Assembly: GCA_951406725.2 (NCBI GenBank)
Contig: OX597817.1
Coordinates: 80,972,001-81,036,000, forward strand
DNA from: Octopus vulgaris
Taxonomy: Eukaryota
Length of the DNA: 64,000 bases
Direction: 5' to 3'
The translations under genes were made by a program, and so were the position numbers. Positions 12,943 through 27,099 of the stretch are shown here, one piece after another. The notes below the pieces were generated by a model. The model was not told the origin of the DNA, ran no database searches, and was given only the letters and a program-made list of their open reading frames with translations. Each line of letters begins with the position of its first letter. Within the stretch, counting starts at the first letter, position 1.

Positions 12943-13254
12943 TTTCTTTTTGTTTTGTTTTTCTAAGTCATGTGCATTAAGTTAATTCCCACTGCTTCTA
13001 AGTTCGTTGTTTGCAGCAGTTCGGAGGTTGCTTTTTATCTGTTACAGGGTTATCAAACATATGGCCCTTGCAACAACGCTTAATCCAACCACACTGGTTA
13101 ATTTTATATTTACAAAAAAAAATTTTAACTATTATATAAAAAAAAACTATCATATGATGTATATATAAAACCATACATTCAAGAGGTGTGAGAGGTGAAT
13201 ATACAGTATTTATTCAAACACGTGATTTCCATAGGACTACGCCCGTTTCGCAAA

Positions 13255-13470
13255 CGGCCGCGAGCTGGCTGAAACGTTAGCACACCGGGCGAAATACTTA
13301 GTAGTATTTCGTCTGTCTTTATGTTCTGAGTTCAAATTCCGCTGAGGTCGATTTGCCTTTCATCCTTCCGGGATCGATAAATTAAAGTACCAGTTCCATA
13401 CTGGGGTCGATCTAATCGACTGGCCTCCTCCTCAAAAATTTCTGGCTTTCTGCCTAGAGTAGAAAAGAAT
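13255..13470 (+). mobile_element. SINE family A
   Basis: Head GCGAGCTGGCTGAAACGTTAGC, B-box GTTCAAATTCC, family body and tail ...TGCCTAGAGTAGAAAAG. Confidence 0.9.
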
Positions 13471-13769
13471 ATATGAATATAAGTGTGCATTTAGGTATGG
13501 ATAAATGGATGGATTGGTACATATATGCATATGTATGTGTGTATGTATGTATGTATGTATGTATGTATGTATGTATGTATGTATGTATGTATGTATGTAT
13601 AAGCACATACATACATATACACCACCTTCCTCTATTTTCTCTATTTTTCGGGCATAACATTCAAACTATATCTGCTGTGTACCGCAATACATGTGGTTTC
13701 TTTCTCTTGCATCTCTCTTCCTTGCTTCATTCTTCCTTCTCTTCCTTCTCCTTCATCCTTTTCTGTCTA

Positions 13770-13770
13770 T

Positions 13771-13869
<99 letters not shown>

Positions 13870-13904
13870 TACATATACATATACATATATAGATATAGAG
13901 AGAG

Positions 13905-13984
<80 letters not shown>

Positions 13985-13985
13985 T
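13770..13985. repeat. (GATA)n tetranucleotide microsatellite
   Basis: Read directly. Confidence 0.95.
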
Positions 13986-14786
13986 TCATTATCTCTGATT
14001 TGCTTTATGCATAAATTAGTGCGTATGTGTGTGAATCCGTGCGCATGTAAATGTGTTTGAGACTTTCTTCCATCTCGTATCAATTTTCCCTACACTACGA
14101 TGGACAAAGACGAATCTCCTTGTAGAAATAAGAGTCAATAAACGAATTTTATTTCTATTTAGCACATTTTTATTCATATTTGAAGAGACTGTCTGTCTCT
14201 TATGTATTTTTGCTTTGTCTTCCAGTAGACAGCAGTTTATTGAAATTGTCACTTCCAATCTTTCATAATCCGTATTTCAAAATGGCTGCTCCCGCTGTTT
14301 TTGCTGCATTAATCAACAAGATGCTGGAAGATGAGAATGAGTCAAAATATTCTATGTCAGAATGTGTATTTTAAAGTCATATTATTTGTTATTGGAAAGT
14401 CAAGGCAGATAAATCTCCATTTAATAATAGCCTGTATGTATGCAGGTCGGTTGGTTGGTTGGCTGGCTAGTTGGCTGATTTCTCCAGTCGCCCTTTATAC
14501 ATCATATACAGAGAGAGAGGATGGAGGGAGGGAGAAAGAAACTAAAAGAAAGCTACCGAGAGAGTTAACATAATAGGTGCAGGATGAATACACATACTAG
14601 GCTTCGTGGTAGGCAATGAGTAAAGAAACATCCAAGACACACAACATAGAGAGAAAGAATGATAGACAAAGAAGGATGAGAAATAGAAAGAAGGCAATAA
14701 AGATGAGGCGCAAGAGGAAGTAATGGAGTCGGTACTTATTACTGAAAAAGTTTCAGTAATTGTTAATATCCATTCTTATGAGAGAG

Positions 14787-15508
14787 GCGGCGAGCTAGCA
14801 GAATCATTAGCAGCCTGAGCAAAATGCTTAGCGGCATTTCGTCAGTCTTTACGTTCTGAGTTCAAATTCCATCGAAGTTGACTTTGTTTTTCATCCTTCT
14901 TGGGGCGGATAATCAACTTACCCCGTCTCACGAACATTGTGCCAAAAGTTGAAACCAATATCCATTGTAATGCATATTTTCCTTAGATGCTTTTCAAATA
15001 AAACGGTTCGTTACCTGGAACGACATTTAAATATAAAAGACATCTGGATCGATACTTTATCGCTCCAGTCTACGAGTGTCATCAGGCTACATTTTTAGAA
15101 ACAGATATAACACATATTGATAAAACTCATGATTAATGTTTTATTTAATCAAACCGGAACAATGAAAATCAAAGTCTCGGCTTCAATGGGATTTGAAATC
15201 AGAATATAAAAGGACATAACTAAAAATCACAAGTTAATTTTTCCACGCTGTCGATTTTGCCAACCCACCGCTTTCACCACTTTAATAATGTCAAATCTTG
15301 ACATAAATCCAGCAGTCTTTTTAGGGGTAGGTGGTTAGTCAGTTACACTGACCCCAGTACGTTACTGGCACTTTATTTTATCAATCCTGAATGGGAGACG
15401 GTGAAAGTTAATTTCGATGGGATTTGAACTCAGAACGTAAAGAGCTATAAGAAATGCACCTAGGTATTTTGCACAACGCGCTAACGATTCTTTCAGTCCA
15501 CCGCCCTT
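14787..15508. mobile_element. Cluster of SINE A copies (14787-14958 +; ~15140-15280 and ~15290-15508 -, degenerate)
   Basis: Similarity to the family A head and body (GTTCTGAGTTCAAAT and its reverse complement). Confidence 0.75.
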
Positions 15509-15869
15509 TCTTATAATGAAATACTAATCTATACTCTTATATGAAAATAACTACTTACAGAATAAGTAAAAGACACCAAATTTTCAGACCTGCTACCAGT
15601 AATTCACATTAGTTTCTATGATATGTTATTGTTGCTCCTGTGCCTATTGTTCTGCTCTTCTCTGTCTTTTATATGCTCTGGTCAGAAAGCCTTCAAGTGG
15701 TCTTTATTGATACATGTATTGTAGCTAGGTCTTCTGCCCTTCACAATAGTTCTCATGACTTTTCTTTCTGTGCTCACGATGGAGCGAGCACAGCATCAGA
15801 AGGTATTTTTGAGTGTCATGCAGACTTGTATAATCTATATAGACACATCCTGACCTCTTTACACTCTCA

Positions 15870-16243
15870 CTTTTACTCGTTTACTTGTTTCAGTCATTTG
15901 ACTGTGGCCATGCTGGAGCACCGCCTTTAGTCGAGCAAATCGACCCCAGGACTTATTCTTCGTAAGCCTAGTACTTATTCTATCGGCTACTTTTGCCGAA
16001 CTGCTAAGTTACGGGAACGTAAACACACCAGCATCGGTTGTCAAGCGATGTTGGGGGAACAAACACAAACACATAAATACACACACATACTTACATATAT
16101 GTACATATATACGACGGGCTTCTTTCAGTTTCCGTCTACCAAATCCACTCACAAGTCTTTGCCCAAGGTGCCACGCAGTGGGACTGAACCCGAAATCATG
16201 TGGTTGGTAAGCAATCTACTTACCACACAGCCACTCCTGCACC
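15870..16243 (-). mobile_element. SINE family B
   Basis: Full head-to-tail match to family B with a short internal (CA)/(TA) tract. Confidence 0.9.
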
Positions 16244-17015
16244 TATATAATTTTTGGATACCTTGACCCTCACCATCTGCTTCAACAGTTTCACAAAATG
16301 ACCAGAAGCCAAGAGTCGGCGTTATATGCCAATGCCAATGACTAACGTATTCTGCTGAATATTTCCAGTTTGAAGATGAAACAAAAGATCGATCGTCGAT
16401 AGAAACTATATCGTTTCAGACATCCACCAAGGTTTCTTCAAATACTCTTTTGATGGCATTTCAAAATTTTCTCTTTCGTTTGAAAAGCAGTAATAAGTTA
16501 CTTTCCTACTCTCTCGATATTTGGTAAAAGTGTCGGGTAGAGAATCATTTGTCTTAGTCACGTATTTGTCTCGTCGTCCTTTTCTTTGTTAGAAGATTCA
16601 TGCTGAAAAGTTGCTCATTATTTTCAAATTAGCGTAAGTATTGTCGTTTTCTTTGTTAAAATTCTGATTAACACAGCTGTGTTGGGATGCAGCGATCTGA
16701 TTTAAGAGATGCATTTGCTTATCATGAGTGAATTCTGCACCGATCGCCATATTCAAATGTTTGTTTGGGATATTAAAGTACCCCAAACAGAGTAAAAACA
16801 AGAAATATGTCCCTACATATATCAACCCTAGTATTCGATGGCACTATATTTTATCGACCCCGAAATGAGGGCAGTCAAAGTTGACCTCGATAGGTTTTGA
16901 ACTCATGGCGTGAAGAGTCGCTGAGAATTTTGTGAGACGCGCTATCAGTATAATAAAGCTCTCCGCCTTTATTATACTGATGATGATGATGACGATGACG
17001 ATGATCTTTTGTTAC

Positions 17016-17845
17016 TACAAGGGAAAATGCGAGCAAGAGAAATATTATTCTTAACATTATATACCTGGAAAATTACAGGACAAGTTACTACACTTAAAAA
17101 AGTTCAAGACAATTTATTACATCTGGTAAAGTACAGAACAAGAGAATTTTTACTTAAAATATTGCATCTAAGGATAAAATATTTAGATTTAGAAAATATT
17201 AGCTTTTATTAAAACTAAAAAATTTATTACAAGTTATTACTTCTATTTGTTATTACTATTTGTTATTTCAAATAAAAAAAATAAGTCAAAATGTGTTTTT
17301 CACTTCAACAAAATTCATTTTTTTAATTATTAATTAATAATCAGAAATTTGAAGATAGGTTATAGAAAATAATAGTAGTCCCTAATTAGTTGGTACAATA
17401 AATAGAATAATACAAAAAATAGTTATATATTACAGTAAAATCTACCTATAACAACAAATTCACAGAAAAATTTGCTTGAGTTATTGCCAAGTCTTCACAT
17501 CTTTTGTCTCGAGCCAATGCCTATTTTTTTACATAATGAATTTGCCTACCATATATACTATTCTACTTTGCTTAAAACTTTAGCTACGTTAGTATTTCTG
17601 GCTCTCATTTTTTAACGTATTCTAGTGTGCCAATATTTTAACAAAATGATGGAACCTTTTTTAATTATGTTACTTTGTAAATCAAAATCAAATAATTTTT
17701 AATACTCAAATTTTATCCTCAGCTGCAATATTTTAAGTAAAAGATTTCTTGTTCTGTACTTTACCAGATGTAATAACTTGTCCTGTAATTTTCTAGGTTT
17801 ATAACGTTAAGAATATTATTTCTCTTGTTCGCATTTTTCCATGTA
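17016..17845. mobile_element. MITE/foldback-like element with ~150-185-bp terminal inverted repeats
   Basis: 17016-~17200 is the reverse complement of ~17690-17845 (e.g. TTACATCTGGTAAAGTACAGAACAAGA / TCTTGTTCTGTACTTTACCAGATGTAA). The left arm has a ~30-bp insertion, the core is AT-rich and non-coding, and TA lies at both ends. Confidence 0.8.
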
Positions 17846-20048
17846 ATCCATGTTTTTCCCAGGCTATGCTATTATGCTAATTAATAATGTGTCAAATGTG
17901 TCAATTATCAGTGTCGCTGATAGTTTTTTCCTTACCTCAATGACGCCGGTGGCATATATAAAAGTCCCTTTATAGAACTATACTATCACCCTCAAATTTG
18001 AGAAACAAGCACTCAACTTTTTTTTCTTTTAAAACTTCATTGCATGAGATTGATACCATGAAATTTCTTGAATCCAGCTCTATCATTTAAGCTTAATTAA
18101 AATACAGTTTGTTTTTAAAATAGAAAAAGTTAATTATAATTAAACCCAATTTTTTACCTTGTATTTTTTTCATATTTTACCTCACAACGTTTTTGCTACA
18201 AAGTTTTGTTGCATGGGACCTAAACTATAAAATTTTTAATGCTTTCTTCATTGAAGCTAAGATAAATATATTTTGCTTTTAAAATAAACAAGTCATTTAG
18301 ATCTAAATTTGATTGGTGGTGTCTCTTCCTCTCCTGCGACGTTACTACAAAATTTGTTGTAAACTTTTTCTACTGGATCAAATCTCAATTTTTTAAGCCA
18401 AAATATAGCGAAGAGCCAGCTCTCTTCAAAAATGTTAACAGTTTTCAATTTGGTTAAGGACTGAATTAATAACAAGCTCTGAAAAATGCTGCGTGTGAGT
18501 AAATTGCGGCCTTAAGTATACTATTCAACTACTACCGTAGTTGAACAATAATAGCAGTGTCCGCCATATTTTAAGAGGAAAAGTCGAGTGACTGAACCAA
18601 TCCCTTACATACCTGATATTTATTTCCTGAAGTAAAGTCAATTTTGAAGAAAGTTGAACTCAGCATACCGATAATTAAAACGGAGTGGTCACAGTTGGAA
18701 AGCCTTTAATCATACGTCTCATACATCAGGGTTAATCTGAAGGCTTCACAAATCATAGAAGCAGCAGAAAAGTAGTTGTTCACATTTAAGCCATAAATAT
18801 TTCATTTCGAACATTGGTACATGTAGGCAAATTTTGATAGAAGTTATTGTTTATTGAAATAAACATCGTCAGTTCTAAACTGATCCTTGTTTTACCATCC
18901 CCGGAAGGATAGAAGTCGAAATCATTCTACGTGGGATTTGAACTCAGAACATGGAGGTAAGTAACAACGTACCACTGCATAGCATATTTTCCGGTCTTCC
19001 AACCGATTCTGCTATCCTCAAGCCGTCGGGTGCAATAAATATTTAACACAACATTGTTTAAGCTCACTATTATTTTAAAATTCAGGAAGCATCAAGGTAC
19101 ACACAATGAACAAATAACCAAAAACATCAAAATTCCTACATTTTTCGTCCATTTTCCTATTCGTTTCCCTTCCTTCTTTTCTTTTCCCTTTTTTTTTATT
19201 ATTTTTCTTCTATCTTCTTATATTTGACTGTAAACAATATTTCATGATCTAGGTGACCTTTGTAGCCGCAGAAAAAAAAATTGAAATATTTTACAAAAGA
19301 ATATAAATATATATTTTTTTCATGTTTATTATCAGATAATGGACTTTTAAGAAGACAATGGCTTATTATAAAGAAAGAGGAGAAATAAGTTAAATAATTA
19401 AAAAAAAATAAATATAAAGTTACTATACACTGGAATGAGATGAAAATAAAAGAGAAGAAAAATCTTAAATTTCGTCGCTCTTTGTTTTTCTTCTTTTCCT
19501 TTTGTATTATTCCTTTTGTTTGCTTCTTTTTAATAAACAAATAATGAAATATTCCAGATGGGTTGAAAATGGAATTGATATCAAACACTGCAGAAGCGAA
19601 AGCATGCGAGGGCTGAAGCATATCTGAAAATGAAACCCTGTGTAGACTGAAGGATTTAGTCACGACTAATTAATAACAGAGCGTTCGAGTTGGCACAGGT
19701 ACAAAAACAACCGAATTTGATACTTGCTTAACAACAACTTCGAAGTGCCGAATGTTTGTGGTTCAATTCCTGACTGAAGTCAGACTAATTTTTCACTACT
19801 TTCTGAATTGTTTACTGCTTTAATGGTACAGTAAAGTAGAGGCAGATATGACCCTAGTCTCATAGTTACCTACTCAATTCACTAATTATTTGTTCAAGTA
19901 GTTGCATGACTTGGGGCCTCCATCTTGAAATCACTCAGAACCTAAACCAGCAAAGAAATACTACCATCTTGTACTGATTTTTACCATGAAGACCCATTTT
20001 TTAACCACATTTTTTTAAAATAAGCTTTTTAAGATATATTTGTGTGCA

Positions 20049-20277
20049 GGCGGCGAGCTGGCAAAAACGGTAGCACGCCGGGCGAAATGCGTAGCCGTAT
20101 TTCGTCTGCCGTTACGTTCTGAGTTCAAATTCTGCCGAGGTCGACTTTGCCTTTCATCCTTTCGGGGTCGATAAATTAAGTACCAGTTACACACTGGGGT
20201 CGATGTAATCGACTTAATCCGTTTGTCTGTCCTTGTTTGTCCCCTCTGTGTTTAGCCCCTTGTGGGTAGTAAAGAAA
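20049..20277 (+). mobile_element. SINE family A, young copy with GTTTAGCCCCTTGTGGGTAGTAAAGAAA tail
   Basis: Near-identical to the copies at 58419 and 62757-62988. Confidence 0.95.
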
Positions 20278-21210
20278 GAAATATATATATTCGTTTCTAA
20301 ATAAGTATTTATTTTTGCCTAAACGCAAATAGTGTTTCATTTTCTTTTTAAAGACTGCATTCAAAATGTCGCTCATGCGTCATAAGGAATTTAAAAGATA
20401 ACTTCTCTTCATCGCATTCTCAAAATACCTGATAAACATATTAGTACGCTTCTAGTATAAAAGAACCCAGCAGCAATGAATTGATAGTTGAATATCTTAG
20501 GTACTTCTTACTCTATGATAATTAAACTCAAATAGAAATGGGATCATCTTACACGCCGAAGACTTACCGAAGTCACGGAGGATTTATGCAGCAGAATCGC
20601 TTCAGCTAACAATACTCACCAGAGGCATACGTCTTACACAAGATATATTTAATTACTAAGTTCATTGTTGATTTTTATAAGGTAAAGAGTATTGTGGCTA
20701 CAATTTATTTCAGTCAGATTGAAATGTAGATGTGAGCTTGACGGGATTTAAACTTAATATGTAAGAATTATGGTTCATAATACAGCAAGACATATTTACA
20801 TCAATGTTCTTCACTTTCTGCCAACCCGCTCTTACCGCCACAATAGTAATAGCTTTGCATTACTACAAAGGGGACTTATTATGTAACACACCATGGAGTC
20901 TATAAATTAATTAATTCCATATTAGCGAAACTCGTGGAATTTTCATAGGATTCGGTACTGAATATAATTATATGAAAAACAGCTTACTCGTTTAATGCCG
21001 TTCTCTTCAAAATATAATCCTTTTCAGTATACGAGGCCCATCAATAAAGTGGGTTCCATATTTATTTTCTTAGTAACTATCCACGCATAAGACCATAATT
21101 AATGAAAACAACTTACTCATACATCCTTTCACTCATCATCATTTCTATGATACCTCAGGGCATTTGTTTGTGAACAAAATTATATTTTTATGTCTCCATA
21201 TTTCAGCTTA

Positions 21211-21805
21211 AGGCGGCAAGATGACAGAATCGTTAGCACGCCGGCCAAAATGCTTAGCGACATTTGGCGAGTTTTACGTTTTGAGTTCAACTTCCGCCGA
21301 GGTTGACTTTGCCTTTCATCCTTTCGGCGTCGATAAAATAAGTACCAGTTGATCGCTGGGGTCGGTGAATTCGACTTCACCCAACCCTGAAATTGCTGGA
21401 CTTGTGCCAAAAATTGAAACCAAAACTTCATTTAAATAGAGCATCGAGCTGGCACAATCGTTACTGCTTTTTTTTAAATAAAATTTCTGGAACGTGACAC
21501 AAAATGTTGGTAGGTAGGGAGATACTATTTTAGAAATATATAGGCTATGATTTCAAATACCATCGTGGTCGATTTTGTCTTTCATCATACGGGGTCGATG
21601 TAATGGGCTCAGAATCGTTATCGCATCGAACAAAATACTTAGCGGCATTTATCCCGTTCCTTACGTTCTGAGTTCAAATGTCACCGAAGTCGACTTTGCC
21701 TTTCATCTTTTTGAGGCCGCTAAAAGAAGTACCAGTCCAGAACTGGGTATCCTTGAAATTGACTAGCTCCGCTCCCCCAGGCCTTGTGCCTATAGTAGAA
21801 AGAAT
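21211..21805 (+). mobile_element. Two to three SINE A copies
   Basis: Repeated family A head and body motifs. Confidence 0.8.
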
Positions 21806-22507
21806 TACTTAAAGTGGCAAACTTGCAGAATCGTTAAACCGTCAGAAAATGCCTTGTAGTATTTCTTCTAGCAACTTCTCTTTTGGGATTATTGTAAGTG
21901 AAACGTTCGGTTTTTTTTCTTCTTTTGAATGAAGTTTCTAGGATGTGACACAAATGATAGTAAGGTTCTATTGTTTAAACGTATATAGATTTAAAAAGAA
22001 AATTGCAAATTTTGCTCTAAAATTCGTTGTAGGCTGTCTTCCCAGACAGAACTCGTGAGTTTAACAATTTGAAGGCCGTCATTTCGATATTGCTGTCATA
22101 CCACTCGTATTCTTTACATGTGAAACAAAATCCTTTGAGTTCAATTTCCGCTGGAGTCACTTTCCAGTTTCCTCCCTCCAGAGTTTGTAAATTATAGTAT
22201 CAGTCAAGTACTGGGATCGATGGTTTTAACTAGCCTCGACTCCTCAAAATTGCTGTTCTTGTGCCTAATAAGAAGCCATGTTAAACATTACCCAAAATAA
22301 TTAATTAAGTATACTTAACAAATTGTGTTGGATGGAGACTTTGTAACACAACCGAAGCTGATAGGACCTAATTCGACCGAAATTCCAATTGTGCAGTGGA
22401 TGGAGCTATATGTTTTCTTGGGGAGTAATAACTTCCAAATTGCTTTTAAATGAAACCATAAACACTTTTTGTCTTTGGATTTGGTTCGCGTGTTGAAGCA
22501 TATTCTG

Positions 22508-22767
22508 TTGTGTCTGGGAAGAGTCATTTTATTTTTGTGCCTTATAATGTAACACACTCACCGGTAAAATTTCCACTTATTTCTTATTTTTATTTTCCTA
22601 AAATTTTCGTTGCGTCTTGCAACCTTTTCAACAGCCTTGACTCTTGAAAAGGTTGCAAGACGCAATGAAAATTTTAGGAAAATAAAAATAAGAAATAAGT
22701 GGAAATTTTACCGGTGAGTGTGTTACATTATAAGGCACAAAAAGAAAATGACTCTCACCAGATACAA
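22508..22767. repeat. Fold-back palindrome, ~125-bp arms, 12-nt loop, hammerhead-like core at the centre
   Basis: 22508-22631 vs 22644-22767 are near-perfect reverse complements; loop is CAGCCTTGACTC. Confidence 0.95.
22641..22678 (+). ncRNA. Candidate minimal hammerhead ribozyme (U3:A8 variant); mirror copy on the minus strand at ~22597-22634
   Basis: TTGAAAA-G-GTTGC-aagac-GCAA(T/C)-GAA-AATT-T. Stem II pairs fully in the minus copy and stem III is palindromic (AATT). Stem I is weak or truncated at the loop. Confidence 0.45.
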
Positions 22768-23249
22768 TATAAACACTTTAATATATAGGATTAATTAAAA
22801 ATTGTCTTAAGGTTTTAGAAAGATTGGTTGTGGTCTTCTGACTTTCATGTATTTGCCAAGAATAACTGTGGCATAAATGAAATCGAAGAGTGGTTCCAGG
22901 AAATTGAAATTGAATCAAAGATTTATTTCCTCAGAATCTATATTTTCTTTTTTGTTTTTTTTTTTTGGCTCTATATAGTTCGCCGCCACAGAATATTATG
23001 ATAACAGGAATAATAAGGAAATATAATTATTTCATAAACTTCTTTGTAAAGGAGCGATGGCCGAAAGAGCAATTTGCGGAAGCAGTGTCCATGTTACCAA
23101 ACCAAGTAACCGAAACTGCAGTTAATGGTTACCTCTTAAGAGCTCCAGTGTGCAACACACACATGCACAAGCGCACATATACATACACGCGCGCACATAC
23201 TCACACGCTTACATATCTTTGTTACCTACAGAGCATAACGCACACATAT

Positions 23250-23296
23250 ATAGATATAGCTATATATATATATATATGTATGCATATATATATATG

Positions 23297-23347
<51 letters not shown>

Positions 23348-23432
23348 GTATATATATATGTATATATATACGTATATATATACGTATATATATATATATG
23401 TATATATATACGTATATATATATACGTATATA

Positions 23433-23477
<45 letters not shown>

Positions 23478-23574
23478 GTATATATATATATGTATATATG
23501 TATATATATGTATATATATATATGTATATATATATATGTATACATATATATGTATATATATATGTATATATATG

Positions 23575-23605
<31 letters not shown>

Positions 23606-23630
23606 GTATATATATGTATATATATGTATG

Positions 23631-23667
<37 letters not shown>

Positions 23668-23932
23668 GTATATATATATATATATATATACGTATATATA
23701 TATGTATATATATATATACATATATACGTATATGTATATATATATGTATATATATATACGTATATATATATGTATATATATATGTATATATATGTATATA
23801 TGTATATATATATGTATATATATATGTATATATATGTATATATATGTATATATATATGTATATATATATATGTATATATATGTATATATATGTATATATA
23901 TATACGTATATATATATGTATATATATGTATA

Positions 23933-24002
<70 letters not shown>

Positions 24003-24003
24003 G

Positions 24004-24048
<45 letters not shown>

Positions 24049-24453
24049 GTATATATATGTATATATATATATATGTATATATATATATGTATATATATGT
24101 ATATATATGTATATATATGTATGTATATGTATATATATATATATATGTATGTCTATGTATATATATGTATATATATATATATGTATATATATGTATGTAT
24201 ATATATGTATATATGTATATATATATGTATATATATGTATGTATATGTATATATATATGTATATATATGTATGTATGTATGTATGTATATATATGTATAT
24301 ATATGTATATATGTATGTATATATATATATGTATATGTATATATATGTATATATATGTATATATATATGTGTGTGTGTATATATATATATAAATATACAT
24401 ATGTATATATATATGTATATGCATATTCATACATGTATATATATGTATGTATA

Positions 24454-24492
<39 letters not shown>
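23250..24492. repeat. ~1.2-kb interrupted (TA)n/(TATG) microsatellite
   Basis: Read directly; source of the long spurious YI/CI ORFs. Confidence 0.97.
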
Positions 24493-24497
<5 letters not shown>

Positions 24498-25399
24498 GGT
24501 TAGAAGATATCAATTATTCGCAATTCACTAACGGTCTAATGTCTTGTTTTATTTTAGAGTTGGTTAACTCCCACCCCTTCCTTATTGCAAGGAAAATTAG
24601 TTACAGGGACATTACAAAATGTGATCTTCCGCTAGTCACTGTCCTGAAGGTTCGAACATAAAACACCAATTAAACTTGTCGTTTAACCATAGCCAAATCC
24701 GTTACGGAGGATTTCATTGCTAGAACCATGACTAATTTACATATTTGCCGCTTCATCAATCAATTATAGTTATCTGTCTGTTCAGTAAAGTTAGGTATGT
24801 CACAGATTCATTTGGGACATCGTCGACTCCCCTCCCCACCTGGCTGTTCCTAATGCATGACACTTGTACAACCAGCGTTGAATTTTTCAATTCATATGCA
24901 AACAGCCTTTGCTGAAAGACTTTGTGTATTTTAGCCCCTGGTACATTTTATTTACAGAAAGTCTGTCATTGACCGCTGCTCTACTTTAAAACACAAAAAT
25001 AAACAGAAGGGCCTCAAAATAATAGCAACTTAACTGTTATTTTATCTTGCATCATAATCAGCAAAAACAAGGAGACCATGTCTAATGATGCATACGCATC
25101 ACCTCTACCAATAGGGCAAAAAGTGTGTTGTGGTCAGTGCATTGTGGTCAGTTATAAGTGCGTTGTGGTCAGGGCATTGTGGTCAGTTATAAGTGCGTTG
25201 TAGTCAGTTAATTACCTCCCCTCTCTGCTGCCTACTAAACCGGTACATATTATATTAAGTTCATCGTGACCTTAAACAGATAAAGGGGAAAATATCTTTT
25301 CGCTGAATAAGGCAGCAGTTAATAGCAGTGAACTTTCTTGGATAGAAAATAAGCCTAATACTTAAAGCCAACACATCACTTGTAGATGTCATAGTATTA

Positions 25400-26200
25400 T
25401 TCGTTTCAAATTTTGGCACAAGGCCAACAAGTTCTGGGGAGGGTGTAAGTCGATTATACCGATTCCCAGTGCTCAACTGGTACTTATTTTAATGATCCCG
25501 AAAAAAATGAAAGGCAAAGTCGACCTTGGAGAAATCTGATCTCAGAACATAAACACGGGCGAAATGTCGCTATGCATTTTACCCGGTGTGCTAACGATTC
25601 TGCCAGCTCACCACCTTAATAATAATAGTTTCAAATTTTGGCACAAGGCAAGCAATTTTTAAGAGGTGGTAAATAAATCGATTACATCGATCCACAGAGT
25701 TCAATGGTTCAATGGTTCTAGCGAATCCGAGAAGGTTGAAAGGCAATGTCGACCTCGGCAGAATTTGAACGCAGAACGTAAAGACAGACGAAATGCTGCT
25801 AAGTATTTTGCACGGTGTGCCAACGATTCTGCCAGCCCGCCGCCTATGTCATAGTATTATTGCTTCTTCTTCTTCTTCGTGGTGGTGGTGGTGGTGGTGG
25901 TGGTGGTGGTGGTGGCGGCGGCGGCGGCGGCGGCGCGTCATGGCCCCTACCAGACCTAATATATCATTACTGCTTGTTTATAAGGCGGTGAGCAGGCAGA
26001 ATCGTTAGCACACCGGGCGAAATGCTTAGCGGCATTTCGTTAATCTTTATGTTTTGAGTTCAAATTCCGCCGCGGTCAACTTTACCCTTCATCTTTTCGG
26101 GGTCGAAGAAATAACTACCAGTTATGCACTGGGGTCGATGTAATTGACCCCCACTCACCTACCAAAACATTTCAGGCCTTGTGTTTATAGTAGAAAGAAT
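25400..26200. mobile_element. Three SINE A copies: 25400-25617 (-), 25625-25845 (-), 25984-26200 (+)
   Basis: Family A head, body and tail on both strands, around a (TGG)n(CGG)n tract. Confidence 0.85.
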
Positions 26201-26863
26201 TACTTCTACTTGTTTATAGAAGTAAGTCATATAACCCGGCGAATCATTTTCCCATCAAGAAGGACTTTACCAGTTGAAAGTCAATAGTCTTGACCTTGAA
26301 ATTACTTTGTCTCCCAACTCAGGCACTGCTCAGACACAAGAATATACGTATACCTTCTGTTATGCATATGTGTACTTGCGTACGTCTGATGTGTGCGTCG
26401 GTTTTATGAATGTGGCTGGGTGAGCACACATTTGTGCACATGCTTCCGTTTGTACACCATGTGATACTCTCCCTATCACTGCTTCTCTTCACTCTCTCTC
26501 TTATCCTCTCTTCTTATCCCTTCTCTTTTTTCACTTTCTCAATTCATCTATCTATCTATCTATCTCTTACATTATCTTTTTTCACCCTTTTTAGTTCTCA
26601 CTTCTAACATTCTTCCTCACTTCCTCACACAACAGTCCTCTCTCTCTTCCTCTCTCTCTCTCTCTCTAATTATTTCTCATTCTGTTTCTTTCCTCCTCTC
26701 ACTCTCTCTCCCTCTCTCCCCATCTTTCACTCCCTCTCTCCATCTCTCTCTCCCTTTCTCCCTCTCAGACCATTTCTCTCTCTCTTTCTCACACACATAC
26801 ACACAACCGTTTCTCCTTTTCTCTGACTCCCCCACGCTCTATCATTCTCTGTATCTCACTCTG

Positions 26864-26925
<62 letters not shown>

Positions 26926-27099
26926 ACACACACGCACACTCAAACACTCTCTCCTTTCCCACCCTCTCTGCCTCTCTCTCTTTCTCTCTCTCTCATTCTC
27001 TCTCTCTCTCTCTCCCTCTGTCGGTACACATCATTATGAAGCCATTATCATGGTTTCATATGACAATCAAGTTGACATGAATACTGAACGATTAGAAGA

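Noticed and set aside
14016-14345. Minus-strand acceptor-like CTCATCTTCCAG and following ORF
   Set aside because: All three frames after the acceptor stop within 20 codons, with no donor or homology evidence.
15040-15095. Minus-strand CTGATGA followed by a short hairpin
   Set aside because: No GAAA box or stem I pairing; too degenerate to call a hammerhead.
16598-16825. Minus ORF containing NTYANL
   Set aside because: No convincing splice sites; a single short motif is expected by chance.
18000-18516. Possible Kolobok-like DNA transposon end (GCGGCCTTAA)
   Set aside because: No matching opposite terminus found by eye.
20049-20140. tRNA genes at A/B-box motifs
   Set aside because: They are heads of multi-copy SINEs without a full cloverleaf.
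22965-24661. Long ORFs of 366-503 aa
   Set aside because: Translations of (TA)n/(TATG)n on both strands. The same applies to the many YI/HT/CV/LSIY ORFs across the window.
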